Below are positions 55,841 to 64,000 of a stretch of DNA of 64,000 nt, piece by piece. The stretch comes from an uncultured Planctomycetaceae bacterium. GTDB lineage: Bacteria; Planctomycetota; Planctomycetia; Planctomycetales; Planctomycetaceae. The notes beneath the pieces are model-generated. The model worked only from the letters and a program-made list of their open reading frames with translations. It had not been told where the DNA came from and made no database searches. Position numbers and translations under genes: made by a program. Location: assembly GCA_963976765.1 (NCBI GenBank), contig CAXBME010000002.1, positions 62,001 through 126,000 of the forward strand. The letters run 5' to 3'. Position 1 is the stretch's first letter. Each line of letters opens with the position of its first letter.

Positions 55841-56710
55841 GTGAAAGCTGTTGCCTTTCTGAGTGTCGCCTCAATTCTGTTGAACATCGCTTCGTCAGTT
55901 AACGCGGAAACCTATTACGTCAACAACCGAACCGGTGCGGATCGGAATGACGGGCTGGTCGACACGCCGCTGAGCAGTATTACCGGTCCGGTGAGATCGA
56001 TTTCTCAGGCACTGAAGCTGGCGAGCTTTGCCGACACGATCATCGTCGCGAACACCGGCGTCCCGTACTACGACAATCTGTCGTTTCAGGGAGAAAAGAA
56101 CAGCGGCGATCCTGTCCGGCCATTCAAGTTGATCGGAAACGGAGCAACCGTCACGGGAGCGATGGTTGTTCCTGATGGGGCGTGGCGCGAAGCTGCTCGC
56201 GACGTCTGGAAAGTGACACCGTATCGTAAAGGTTACTTTCAGCTCATCCGCGACGGTAAAGCGCTGCCGGAACTTCGACCACAGACTGGTGAAAAATGGG
56301 ATACGATCCCCGACCTGGAAGTCGATCAATGGTGTTCGTGGAACGGCTCAATTTATTACCGGGTCGAACGGCTTGCGGATCCATCGACGCAGAGGCTGGC
56401 CATCGCCCGGCGAAGCTGCGGGATCACGGTTTTTGCAGCTCACGATATTGTGATCTCGGACCTGACGATCCAGCACTTCCGCCTGGACGGCGTGAATCTA
56501 CACGACCTGGCAACTGGAGTTCAGCTGGAGAAATTGACGCTTCGCGAGAATGGACGCGCCGGTCTGGCAATTGGCGGCTCGTCCACAGCTCAACTGCGAG
56601 CGTCAGATGTCGAACGGAATCGTGACCACTCGGTGCTGATTCAGGAAGCGGCCGCGATCGCGCTGGAAGACTGCATCCTCGACACCGATCCGACTGTCCA
56701 GCAGAAGTAG
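55841..56710 (+). CDS. Secreted right-handed parallel beta-helix repeat protein
   Basis: Signal peptide; TYYVNNRTGAD.NDG...GPVRSISQAL; LTIQHFRLDGVNLHD; ENGRAGLAIGG. Confidence 0.8.
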   Translation: MKAVAFLSVASILLNIASSVNAETYYVNNRTGADRNDGLVDTPLSSITGPVRSISQALKLASFADTIIVANTGVPYYDNLSFQGEKNSGDPVRPFKLIGNGATVTGAMVVPDGAWREAARDVWKVTPYRKGYFQLIRDGKALPELRPQTGEKWDTIPDLEVDQWCSWNGSIYYRVERLADPSTQRLAIARRSCGITVFAAHDIVISDLTIQHFRLDGVNLHDLATGVQLEKLTLRENGRAGLAIGGSSTAQLRASDVERNRDHSVLIQEAAAIALEDCILDTDPTVQQK

Positions 56711-56854
56711 CCGGCATTTCGGAAACTGTCGTGGTGAGCTAAAGCCAGGCGTTGCTCGACACGAAGGTCGCCGTGTGCCGCCGCTGGAAACTACATGATT
56801 TCTGTAATGCGGACAGCGCGAATCGATTTTCAGGAAGTTACTCTCGACATATCC

Positions 56855-58057
56855 CTAAGCAGTTGCAGGCAGGGAACGTCTTCTTGCTGAAGTACGGACA
56901 GAATGCTGCCGTATCGTTGCTACCTGCTCGTTGTATCTGAGCTGGTAGTTCAGAATCGACGCACAGATCACGAACGGGACGTACTGAAAACTGGTCATCA
57001 ACATCGTCATCGTGCAGAGTGCCAGCATGTGACAAAACAACATGACAGCCGCCGGTTTCTGACCGGAACGAAAGCTCGACACGATCAGCATCCCGAACCC
57101 GGTCCACTGAAGAACCGCCGCCGGGAAGCCGACAACCAGAACCATTCCAATGTGAAATACATGGACGGTGTTTCCAAAGTGCTGCTGCAATTCTTTGGTA
57201 GTGCCTTCCGTACCCATTCCGATGATCGCACATCGCGATAAGTAACGAAGCGAAAACCTGAGCGTCGACGTCCTTTCGTAGAACGAAAACCCCGCTTTGT
57301 CGACTCGGTAGGTCACGGTGTCGTACACACGGCTTGTCGCGTTTCGAATCCGAGGCGATACGGTAAACAACCCGGCACACATCGCCAGCACGATTGCGGC
57401 CACGACAAGAACTCCGCGACGGTTGGGCTCTTTGAACAGGTAATAGGCAAGTCCGGCGCTGGCGAAGATCGTCGACTTGGCCAGAGTCGCCAGCAACCCC
57501 AGCACCAGCACCAGCAGAAACACCATTCGCTTGCGATAGTCGGGAACGTAGAGCAGCAACGCAAAAACCGGCGAGAGTGAGAGGCATAATCCGCTGCAAC
57601 TGATACTCAGGCCGGCCGAGCGGATCGCCCCTCCGGACAGTGCCCAGATCGACTGGTTTCCGACCTGGCCAATGAAACCTCCCAGTTGCAGACCTCCGAC
57701 GATCGCGCTGAGGCTCAACGAAAGCAGGAACCCGGCGATTAACGTGCGGGGCCGAAAGTTTACGAACGCAACCCATCCGAAGGGCAACACAACGCCAAAG
57801 ATGTAGATTGCCTGAGCAACGCCGATAATTGAACCATCAGGATCAGCTACCTGCGAAAGCACAATCAGCGGCAGCGAAGCCAGCAACGGAATCTGCCAGC
57901 CTCGAATCTTTCCCACATAGTCGATATTCAGCAGGATTGCCGGCAGCAGCAGCAGGTCACCAAATGTGATGCTCTGCGCGGCCGGGCGCAGCGCAGGCCA
58001 CGGCAGCATCAGCAGCGCTGCGAAAGCAAAGATCTGTTGGAGACGTCTGGTCTGCAT
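56855..58057 (-). CDS. O-antigen ligase/polymerase-like polytopic membrane protein
   Basis: About ten TM segments; RSAG; loop SFYER...IIGMG...VHVFHI resembling Wzy_C. Confidence 0.65.
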   Translation of the reverse strand: MQTRRLQQIFAFAALLMLPWPALRPAAQSITFGDLLLLPAILLNIDYVGKIRGWQIPLLASLPLIVLSQVADPDGSIIGVAQAIYIFGVVLPFGWVAFVNFRPRTLIAGFLLSLSLSAIVGGLQLGGFIGQVGNQSIWALSGGAIRSAGLSISCSGLCLSLSPVFALLLYVPDYRKRMVFLLVLVLGLLATLAKSTIFASAGLAYYLFKEPNRRGVLVVAAIVLAMCAGLFTVSPRIRNATSRVYDTVTYRVDKAGFSFYERTSTLRFSLRYLSRCAIIGMGTEGTTKELQQHFGNTVHVFHIGMVLVVGFPAAVLQWTGFGMLIVSSFRSGQKPAAVMLFCHMLALCTMTMLMTSFQYVPFVICASILNYQLRYNEQVATIRQHSVRTSARRRSLPATA

Positions 58058-58538
58058 GGATTCTCAAACGACGAAGCTCGGTCACGACACATGCAAGAAT
58101 GAGTCGCGCGAAGATTGAATTTTTGAGTCAGGATTGTGAAGAATCGTTGCGGCGAGCGCGCAACGGGAATTGACAGCCGGCAGGAAATGACAGCCAGTTG
58201 GGGCGTGGCTGCTTTTTGGGATCAGAAGGGGTCGGGAGTCTACCGGACCATTTCCAGATCCAGCAACATGGGATTCAGACCGTGAATCCATGCTCAAACA
58301 TATTCCGGCAAGCCAATTCCGATGGAAGGCGCTCTTCTGCTTCAAGAGCCGGCTGCTTACAAATAGACCGTTTTCATGGTTTCTGTGCGGTAGCTGGTAT
58401 CTGGGATAACCGTTGTTTCCTTTGCGGCCTTCCTGCAGGATACTGAAAACGAATTCTGAAAGTGCTCGAGTCGCTACCCTTGTCTGACTGTCAGCCTGAC
58501 GGCCGTTTTCGAACTCCATTCGGACTGTTTCCTGATTC

Positions 58539-59174
58539 ATGTGGCCTGACTCCGAACAAACTCAGCAGCTGCTTCGCTCAGCAGTCGATGGCAACGCTTC
58601 GGCAGTGAATCAATTGCTCAATCGTCATCGTGACGCCGTTCGCCGAATGGTTCATTTGCGGATGGACCGAGCTGTTGCAGCGAGGGTTGACGCCAGCGAT
58701 GTCGTGCAGGATGTCATGCTGGAAGCGAATCAGAGACTGGGTGACTACATTCAGAATCCGTCGATGCCGTTCCACTTGTGGCTGCGGCAGCTTGCCAAAG
58801 ACCGGCTGATTGACATGCATCGTCGACACCGCGGTGCTCAGCGACGAAGTGTCGATCGCGAACGTTCTCTTAACGCGGCGTACTCGGATCAGTCGTCTCT
58901 GGATCTCGCTGCACAGCTGAAAGATCACGAACTGACGCCGGCAGCGGCCACAATTCGCCGGGAACTGGAAGAGCGATTCCTGGCAGCCCTTTCAGAACTC
59001 GGCGAAGACGATCGCGACGTCATTGTCATGAGGCACCAGGAACATCTGTCGAATGGCGAAGTTGCTGAGGCACTGGGCCTGTCATCGGCCGCCGCCGGGA
59101 TGCGATATCTTCGAGCGTTGCGGCGACTCCGCGACGTGCTGGGCAGTGACCATTCCGGATCTGCTGGAACCTGA
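58539..59174 (+). CDS. ECF sigma-70 factor, planctomycete-type
   Basis: RVDASDVVQD, FHLWLRQL, HRRHRGAQRRSVDRE, TPAAA, DRDVIVMRH.EHLSN.EVA..LG, RYLRAL. Confidence 0.92.
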   Translation: MWPDSEQTQQLLRSAVDGNASAVNQLLNRHRDAVRRMVHLRMDRAVAARVDASDVVQDVMLEANQRLGDYIQNPSMPFHLWLRQLAKDRLIDMHRRHRGAQRRSVDRERSLNAAYSDQSSLDLAAQLKDHELTPAAATIRRELEERFLAALSELGEDDRDVIVMRHQEHLSNGEVAEALGLSSAAAGMRYLRALRRLRDVLGSDHSGSAGT

Positions 59175-59201
59175 GGTCGTCTTTCAAGCCGGATACGGTT
59201 C

Positions 59202-59984
59202 CTACATTTCACCGCTTTCGCGGTTCGACCACCAGGGGAGGCTGACTCCGCCGTCGATCGTCAGCGTGCTGCCGGTCATGTAGTCGGCATCGTCACTTAA
59301 GGTAAACGTGATCGCTCTGGCGATTTCTTCAGGAGTTCCCATTCGCCCCCAAGGCAACCTGGCGGCACCTTTCTGAATGTCTTCTTCGCTGAAGAACTTC
59401 CGTTCGCCGGGCGTGTCAATCCAGCCAGGGTGAACCAGGTTGGCTCGCACACGATGCTCGGCCAGTTCGATGGCAGCAGTTCTGACCATGTGGTCAATGG
59501 CCGCTTTCGCCATGTTGTAGGCCATTGCCGTGGGAATCGGGATGACGGCGTGCGGAGAACTGACGACAGTGATCGCGCCGCCATTGCCCTGCTTGACCAT
59601 CTGCTGAGCAGCGGCGCGAACTCCGTAGAACGCTCCCCACATACTGACGTCGATCGTTCGGCGAAAACCTTCCATGTTGGCATCGATCATCCGCTCACGA
59701 TCGCTGTAGGCGGCATTTGAGACGTACAGGTTCAAACTGCCGAATTCTTCAGCGGCCTGCGCGACCATGCCTTCGACGAAGGATTGATCTGCCACGTCAC
59801 CCTGAAGCAGGATCGCCTTCTGGCCGGCGGCTTCGATCTGGCGAACAACGTCGAGAGCTTCGTCTTTGTTCGATCGAAAGTTCAGGCCGACGTTTGCGCC
59901 CTGCTGAGCCAGTTCGATCGCTACCGCCCGTCCGATTCCACGCGAGGCACCGGTAACAATGGCGTTTCGGCCTGCAAACTTCAT
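59202..59984 (-). CDS. Short-chain dehydrogenase/reductase (glucose-1-dehydrogenase/FabG-like)
   Basis: TGASRGIG, SNAA, YNMAK catalytic motif, PGWIDT, TG..L.IDGG; start placed at MKFAGR. Confidence 0.93.
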   Translation of the reverse strand: MKFAGRNAIVTGASRGIGRAVAIELAQQGANVGLNFRSNKDEALDVVRQIEAAGQKAILLQGDVADQSFVEGMVAQAAEEFGSLNLYVSNAAYSDRERMIDANMEGFRRTIDVSMWGAFYGVRAAAQQMVKQGNGGAITVVSSPHAVIPIPTAMAYNMAKAAIDHMVRTAAIELAEHRVRANLVHPGWIDTPGERKFFSEEDIQKGAARLPWGRMGTPEEIARAITFTLSDDADYMTGSTLTIDGGVSLPWWSNRESGEM

Positions 59985-60277
59985 CTTTGAGGTTCCCTTC
60001 ACCGTCATTCAGTCATGACTCTGCCTGGTCGATCCATACGCCGCGCCGGACTTCAGACCTGCACCGAGCGGGAAGGATTGTGACGCGAGCTTTGGGCGTC
60101 GGCAACCAACGTTGAAATTGCTGATGAGGTGAATCAATTTCGACAAACCCCCTTTGTTACAGATCATCGGTTCGTCGTCGGCAAGAAGTAATTCACAACG
60201 GGATACCGCGTCGAAGATTCCGCAGAGGCTTTTCACAGACCAATTCTGTACATTCTTCGGTCGCGAGCGATTCCGCT

Positions 60278-60312
60278 CTTTCCGACATCGAAACTTTCCG
60301 ACATCGAAACTT
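60278..60312 (+). repeat. 16-bp tandem duplication upstream of proC
   Basis: CTTTCCGACATCGAAA twice, followed by CTT. Confidence 0.8.
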
Positions 60313-60345
60313 CGTTCTGCCACGCCAGCCTTCCGAGCAACACCA

Positions 60346-61167
60346 ATGACACAGTCTGCAAATCTCACAATCGGATTCATCGGTGCCGGTCGAATGGCGA
60401 CGGCACTTGCTCAGGGGCTTGTCTCGGCGGGCTTTGTATCTGCCGATCGAATCCTGGCGACCGATGTCGTTCCGGCGGCACTGGATGCCTTTTCTGAACA
60501 GACTTCCGCCCGCGTCGTTGCAAGCACGTCGGCGGTCATCAGCGAAAGCGACGTGCTGATTCTCGCCGTCAAACCTCAGCAGATGCCTCAAGTTCTGGAC
60601 GGTCTTTCGACACTGCTCGAAGATCGGCATCTGATTGTCTCAATCGCCGCTGGAGTGCCGTTGTCCGTTTATGAATCGGCATTAAGTGCAAACCGGCGAA
60701 TCGTTCGCGTAATGCCCAACACGCCCTGCCTGGTCGGTGAATGTGCTGCGGGCTTTTCCATTGGGGGAGCGGCAACAGCTGAAGATTCAAAACTGGTCGA
60801 AGCCATGCTGACAACTGTTGGCGTGGCCGTTCAGGTCGACGAAAAGCTGCTCGACGCTGTCACGGGATTATCCGGGAGCGGCCCAGCTTACGTTTATCAG
60901 ATGATTGAAGCGTTGAGCGATGGTGGCGTCCGGGTTGGCCTGCCGCGAGACATAGCGACGAAGCTGGCGGCTCAGACGTTGCTCGGCGCGGCGAAGATGG
61001 TCCTGCAAACCGGCCAGCATCCGGGAGCCCTGAAAGATGCGGTCACCAGTCCAGGCGGAACGACGATCGCCGGACTCCACGCTCTGGAGTCCGGCGGCCT
61101 GCGAGGGACACTGATCAACGCTGTCGTAGCCGCAACGGAACGCTCGAAGGAACTCGGCGCGACGTAA
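60346..61167 (+). CDS. proC: Pyrroline-5-carboxylate reductase
   Basis: IGFIGAGRMA, LAVKPQ, SIAAG, RVMPNTP, TGLSGSGPAY, VTSPGGTTIAGL. Confidence 0.96.
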   Translation: MTQSANLTIGFIGAGRMATALAQGLVSAGFVSADRILATDVVPAALDAFSEQTSARVVASTSAVISESDVLILAVKPQQMPQVLDGLSTLLEDRHLIVSIAAGVPLSVYESALSANRRIVRVMPNTPCLVGECAAGFSIGGAATAEDSKLVEAMLTTVGVAVQVDEKLLDAVTGLSGSGPAYVYQMIEALSDGGVRVGLPRDIATKLAAQTLLGAAKMVLQTGQHPGALKDAVTSPGGTTIAGLHALESGGLRGTLINAVVAATERSKELGAT

Positions 61168-61249
61168 CTAACCAGGTTCTTCTCCAGACACCAGACGATC
61201 GAACGTGTGAGATCGGTCAGTCTGGTTGCGGCGACGACTCAGCAGGCAG

Positions 61250-62158
61250 CTACCTGGACGGTGCTGACGATGTGTAATTTGCAGAGTTCACTGACAGTGA
61301 AGATTTCGCACGCACTGTCGCGTGAGCATGACTGACTACCGAGCCCCCTTGAGCGGTATCACCTGCGGTTGACTCGGCGACCACCTGAACAATGCTGTCG
61401 TCTGAATCTTTCGCTTTGGCTTTGGCTCGAGCAGCTTTGGACGATGCAATCTGCTGTTCGCGAGCCGCCCGACGCGTCGCCTGCTGCTTCAACTCGGCAA
61501 TCTGCACCAGCGCGTTGGCGGCGGATTCGAGTTTGTCGTCAAGACTCAACGCTTTCGCAAAGCACTCGGCAGCTTTTTCGCCTTCGCCCAGACTGACGTG
61601 GACGTACCCCAGGTTCACCCATGCGGAAGCTTCGCCGCTGACCTGGCGGAACAGAGCGAGACTTTCTTCCGACTTACCAGCATGACCAAGAACAAGAGCC
61701 AGGTTGTTGGTCGCTCGCTCTTCGCCGGGGACTTCATTCAAGGCCCTTCGCAAGGCGGTTTCTGCTTCGCTCAGCTTGCCCTGAAGGAACAGTGAATAAC
61801 CCCAATCAGTCAACACTTCGGCGTCATGGGGATTCAATTCCAACGATTGCCGGAAATACTGATTCGCCGCCTGATGGTTACCGTTCTTACTCTCGATCAC
61901 ACCGAGACGGTGTGGAATCGTGGCATTCTTCGGGTTCTTCTGCGCGAGCTGTGTGTACCGCTCAGCGGCTTCCCGGAGTTGCCCCTGATGCTCCTGAATT
62001 CGAGCAATGCTGAGTTGCGATTCGAGCTTGTCAGTATTCCCGATCAGTGCCGGCAGACTGGGCGTTGCCAGCGAAGACTGATGAGCCGCTTTGTGACATC
62101 CCGATGCAGCGATGATCGTCAGCATCGCCAATGATAGACAGCCAGCAAATTTCTTCAT
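61250..62158 (-). CDS. TPR-repeat lipoprotein (TadD/pilotin-like)
   Basis: Lipobox ASGC; TPR motifs (HRLGVI, TDWGYSLFLQG, NNLALVLG, VNLGYV); downstream of a secretin; start placed at MKKFAG. Confidence 0.82.
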   Translation of the reverse strand: MKKFAGCLSLAMLTIIAASGCHKAAHQSSLATPSLPALIGNTDKLESQLSIARIQEHQGQLREAAERYTQLAQKNPKNATIPHRLGVIESKNGNHQAANQYFRQSLELNPHDAEVLTDWGYSLFLQGKLSEAETALRRALNEVPGEERATNNLALVLGHAGKSEESLALFRQVSGEASAWVNLGYVHVSLGEGEKAAECFAKALSLDDKLESAANALVQIAELKQQATRRAAREQQIASSKAARAKAKAKDSDDSIVQVVAESTAGDTAQGGSVVSHAHATVRAKSSLSVNSANYTSSAPSR

Positions 62159-62355
62159 CGTAGTTACCAATCCATGGCTTCGTTGAAGTTCCTCTCGCAG
62201 CCGTCCCTGGCAGCGAGAGATATCATTCTTTTCGTACTTGCCCGGCATGTTGATTCAGAAAAAAAGAGGCTTTGCTCCGGAAAATCGGCTTCCGAAGCAA
62301 GGCCTCAACTGAATCGCCTATTGTGAACTCGCGATTGGCAAATCGCTCGCATTCG

Positions 62356-62946
62356 TCAGCGGCCAAGTCCCCCACCGAGTCCGCCACCGACTCCACCGCT
62401 CCTTCCGCCGAGTCCGGAGTTCCCGCCACCAAAGCCTCTGAGACTCTGGTAGTAAACGGCTTCGCCTTCGACCTGCTCGTAACCGGGTGTCAGTGCCGGG
62501 CCGATGACGACTTTGTTTTCGACATCCTTCGCACCCAGCTCGATCAGAGTATGGACGAGAACTTCGCGACGTCGTTGATCAAGTGCCGGATCGTTATGGA
62601 CGGCGAAGCTGTGGACATCACCTTCCCGGGTGCTCATCGAGCTGGACTGAATAATTACGGGATACCCGTTTTCGTCCATCCGAGCAGCTATCTGCCGAAC
62701 ATGGGACTCGCCCTTGGCATTAAGCACCGAAGTATTTCCCCGAAACTCGTGTTCGTGGACCACGAAGTCAGAAGCTTCCGCATTCGCTTCCTGGAGCTTC
62801 CAGGCTTGATCGCTGTAGGCTCCCAGTGGAATCGGATCGGTCGGTTGCATGTAGGCACATTTGTCTTTGCAGCAGCCGACCGTCAGCAGGGCAAGTAACC
62901 CGCAAGTCGCTGTTGGCATCAGACGAGCCCGTTTCAGAATCGGCAT
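62356..62946 (-). CDS. Hypothetical lipoprotein with Gly-rich tail
   Basis: Lipobox TVGC; QEANAEASDFVVHEHEF; LDQRRREVLV; lies between the secretin and TPR genes. Confidence 0.75.
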   Translation of the reverse strand: MPILKRARLMPTATCGLLALLTVGCCKDKCAYMQPTDPIPLGAYSDQAWKLQEANAEASDFVVHEHEFRGNTSVLNAKGESHVRQIAARMDENGYPVIIQSSSMSTREGDVHSFAVHNDPALDQRRREVLVHTLIELGAKDVENKVVIGPALTPGYEQVEGEAVYYQSLRGFGGGNSGLGGRSGGVGGGLGGGLGR

Positions 62947-63111
62947 TGTCTGTTTTCCTTATTTGATGGTGCCAGCGTGAAATCGATCGAGTCACTTTTC
63001 GGCACACTACGGTGAAGTTGTTCCAGTCGTCGGCCCACTCGCCTTCCGGGATGACTCTGCCACTGTTGAGAAGTTGACGAAGGCCAGCCCGGCATCAGCA
63101 ATCAAGTGAGA

Positions 63112-64000
63112 TTACTTCGAAAACCCATTGTTGCCGTGAACGTAGTACTGTTGAGATTTATTGATCGCTTCGAACTCGTCCTTGCAGCGGCAGTTGCGGT
63201 TCTTGAAGAGCGGCCACACGGTGCTGCGATGGTGGAATCCTGGTCGGCCTTCGATGTCCCCGTAGATGAAGAAGTCAACATCATCCGGCTCGGTGACTTC
63301 CATGCCAGGGAGAATCGTTGGAGCCTCGTGAGATTCCATCGGGTGAACCAGCTCGGGGCTGACCAGAATCAGCAGTTCCGTTTCGTCTCGTGAAACAACC
63401 TTCGTTTCAAACAGTGGTCGCAACAGCTTTGTGTCACCCAGCAGTGGAACGCGAGTCGAATCCCCTCGCTGCTGTTCCTGCAACAGGCCAGCAATGGCCA
63501 GTACCTGTCCTTCACGCAGTTCCACAGTCGTGTTTACTGAGCGAGTATCGACTCCGAAAATTCCAGCAACCGAGTTCGCTGAATTAAGAGTGCTGAAGCT
63601 CGGTGAAACGTTCAGACGAATCCGATCGTTGTCCAGGACCGTCGGGCTGAAACTCAACTGAGTACCAAACCCTTTGAACGTTGTTGTTGATGCCTGAGCA
63701 CCACCGACTCCGACGACGGTTGGCACCGCAAACTGGCCCCCCGAGATGAAATCAGCAGTCTGACCGCTGAGCACGACGAGGTTTGGCTCCGCCAGAATCT
63801 TTGCGTTGCCGTTGCCGGTCAGAGCTTTCAGAGCGAGCGAGAACGAATCATCGTTGAACGTTCCTGTCGCCATAATGTTGCCGCTGCCAGCAAGAGCCGA
63901 ACCCAGCATCAGGTCGCCCACATCGAAGTTGAAGTCGGCCCCGAGTTGTCGAATCGCCGATCGCTTCAGCTCGGCAATTCGAACTTTCAGCATCACCTGC
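63112..64000 (-). CDS. CpaC/RcpA-like secretin, C-terminal part; 5' end outside the window
   Basis: QVMLKVRIAEL, ILAEPNLVVLSGQ.A.F.SGG, FGTQLSFSP, TTVELREGQ.LAIAGL, VPLLGD, ETELLILVSPELV. Confidence 0.92.
   Translation of the reverse strand, partial: QVMLKVRIAELKRSAIRQLGADFNFDVGDLMLGSALAGSGNIMATGTFNDDSFSLALKALTGNGNAKILAEPNLVVLSGQTADFISGGQFAVPTVVGVGGAQASTTTFKGFGTQLSFSPTVLDNDRIRLNVSPSFSTLNSANSVAGIFGVDTRSVNTTVELREGQVLAIAGLLQEQQRGDSTRVPLLGDTKLLRPLFETKVVSRDETELLILVSPELVHPMESHEAPTILPGMEVTEPDDVDFFIYGDIEGRPGFHHRSTVWPLFKNRNCRCKDEFEAINKSQQYYVHGNNGFSK

Overview
This window looks like planctomycete (Planctomycetaceae-like) chromosomal DNA. The assignment rests on DUF1501, DUF1549/DUF1553 and planctomycete cytochrome-c/WD40 proteins, ECF sigma factors and many short palindromic intergenic repeats. 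Housekeeping genes present are lpxK, recB-recD (no adjacent recC), psd, hemW, a 2Fe-2S ferredoxin, RNase P RNA (rnpB) and proC. The strongest candidate for an uncharacterised system is a co-oriented terpenoid/lipid cluster at 19996-25557. It encodes a Cys-rich DUF116-polyprenyl synthase fusion, a squalene-hopene-cyclase-like class II cyclase and a FabF-like ketosynthase whose catalytic Cys aligns with Asp. Other points of note: (1) palindromic repeats inserted in frame inside protein genes; (2) REP arms that supply stop codons; (3) a chimeric, multiply deleted pseudogene (secreted protein fused to an RND transporter) where recC would normally lie; (4) an ECF sigma factor paired with an anti-sigma/vWA fusion carrying an extra aromatic C-terminal domain; (5) a heme-c/PPC/WD40 cassette with long coiled-coil insertions; (6) the end of a Tad-like secretin module. 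I saw no CRISPR array, tRNA, rRNA or intact transposase. All calls come from reading motifs by eye; no database searches were run.
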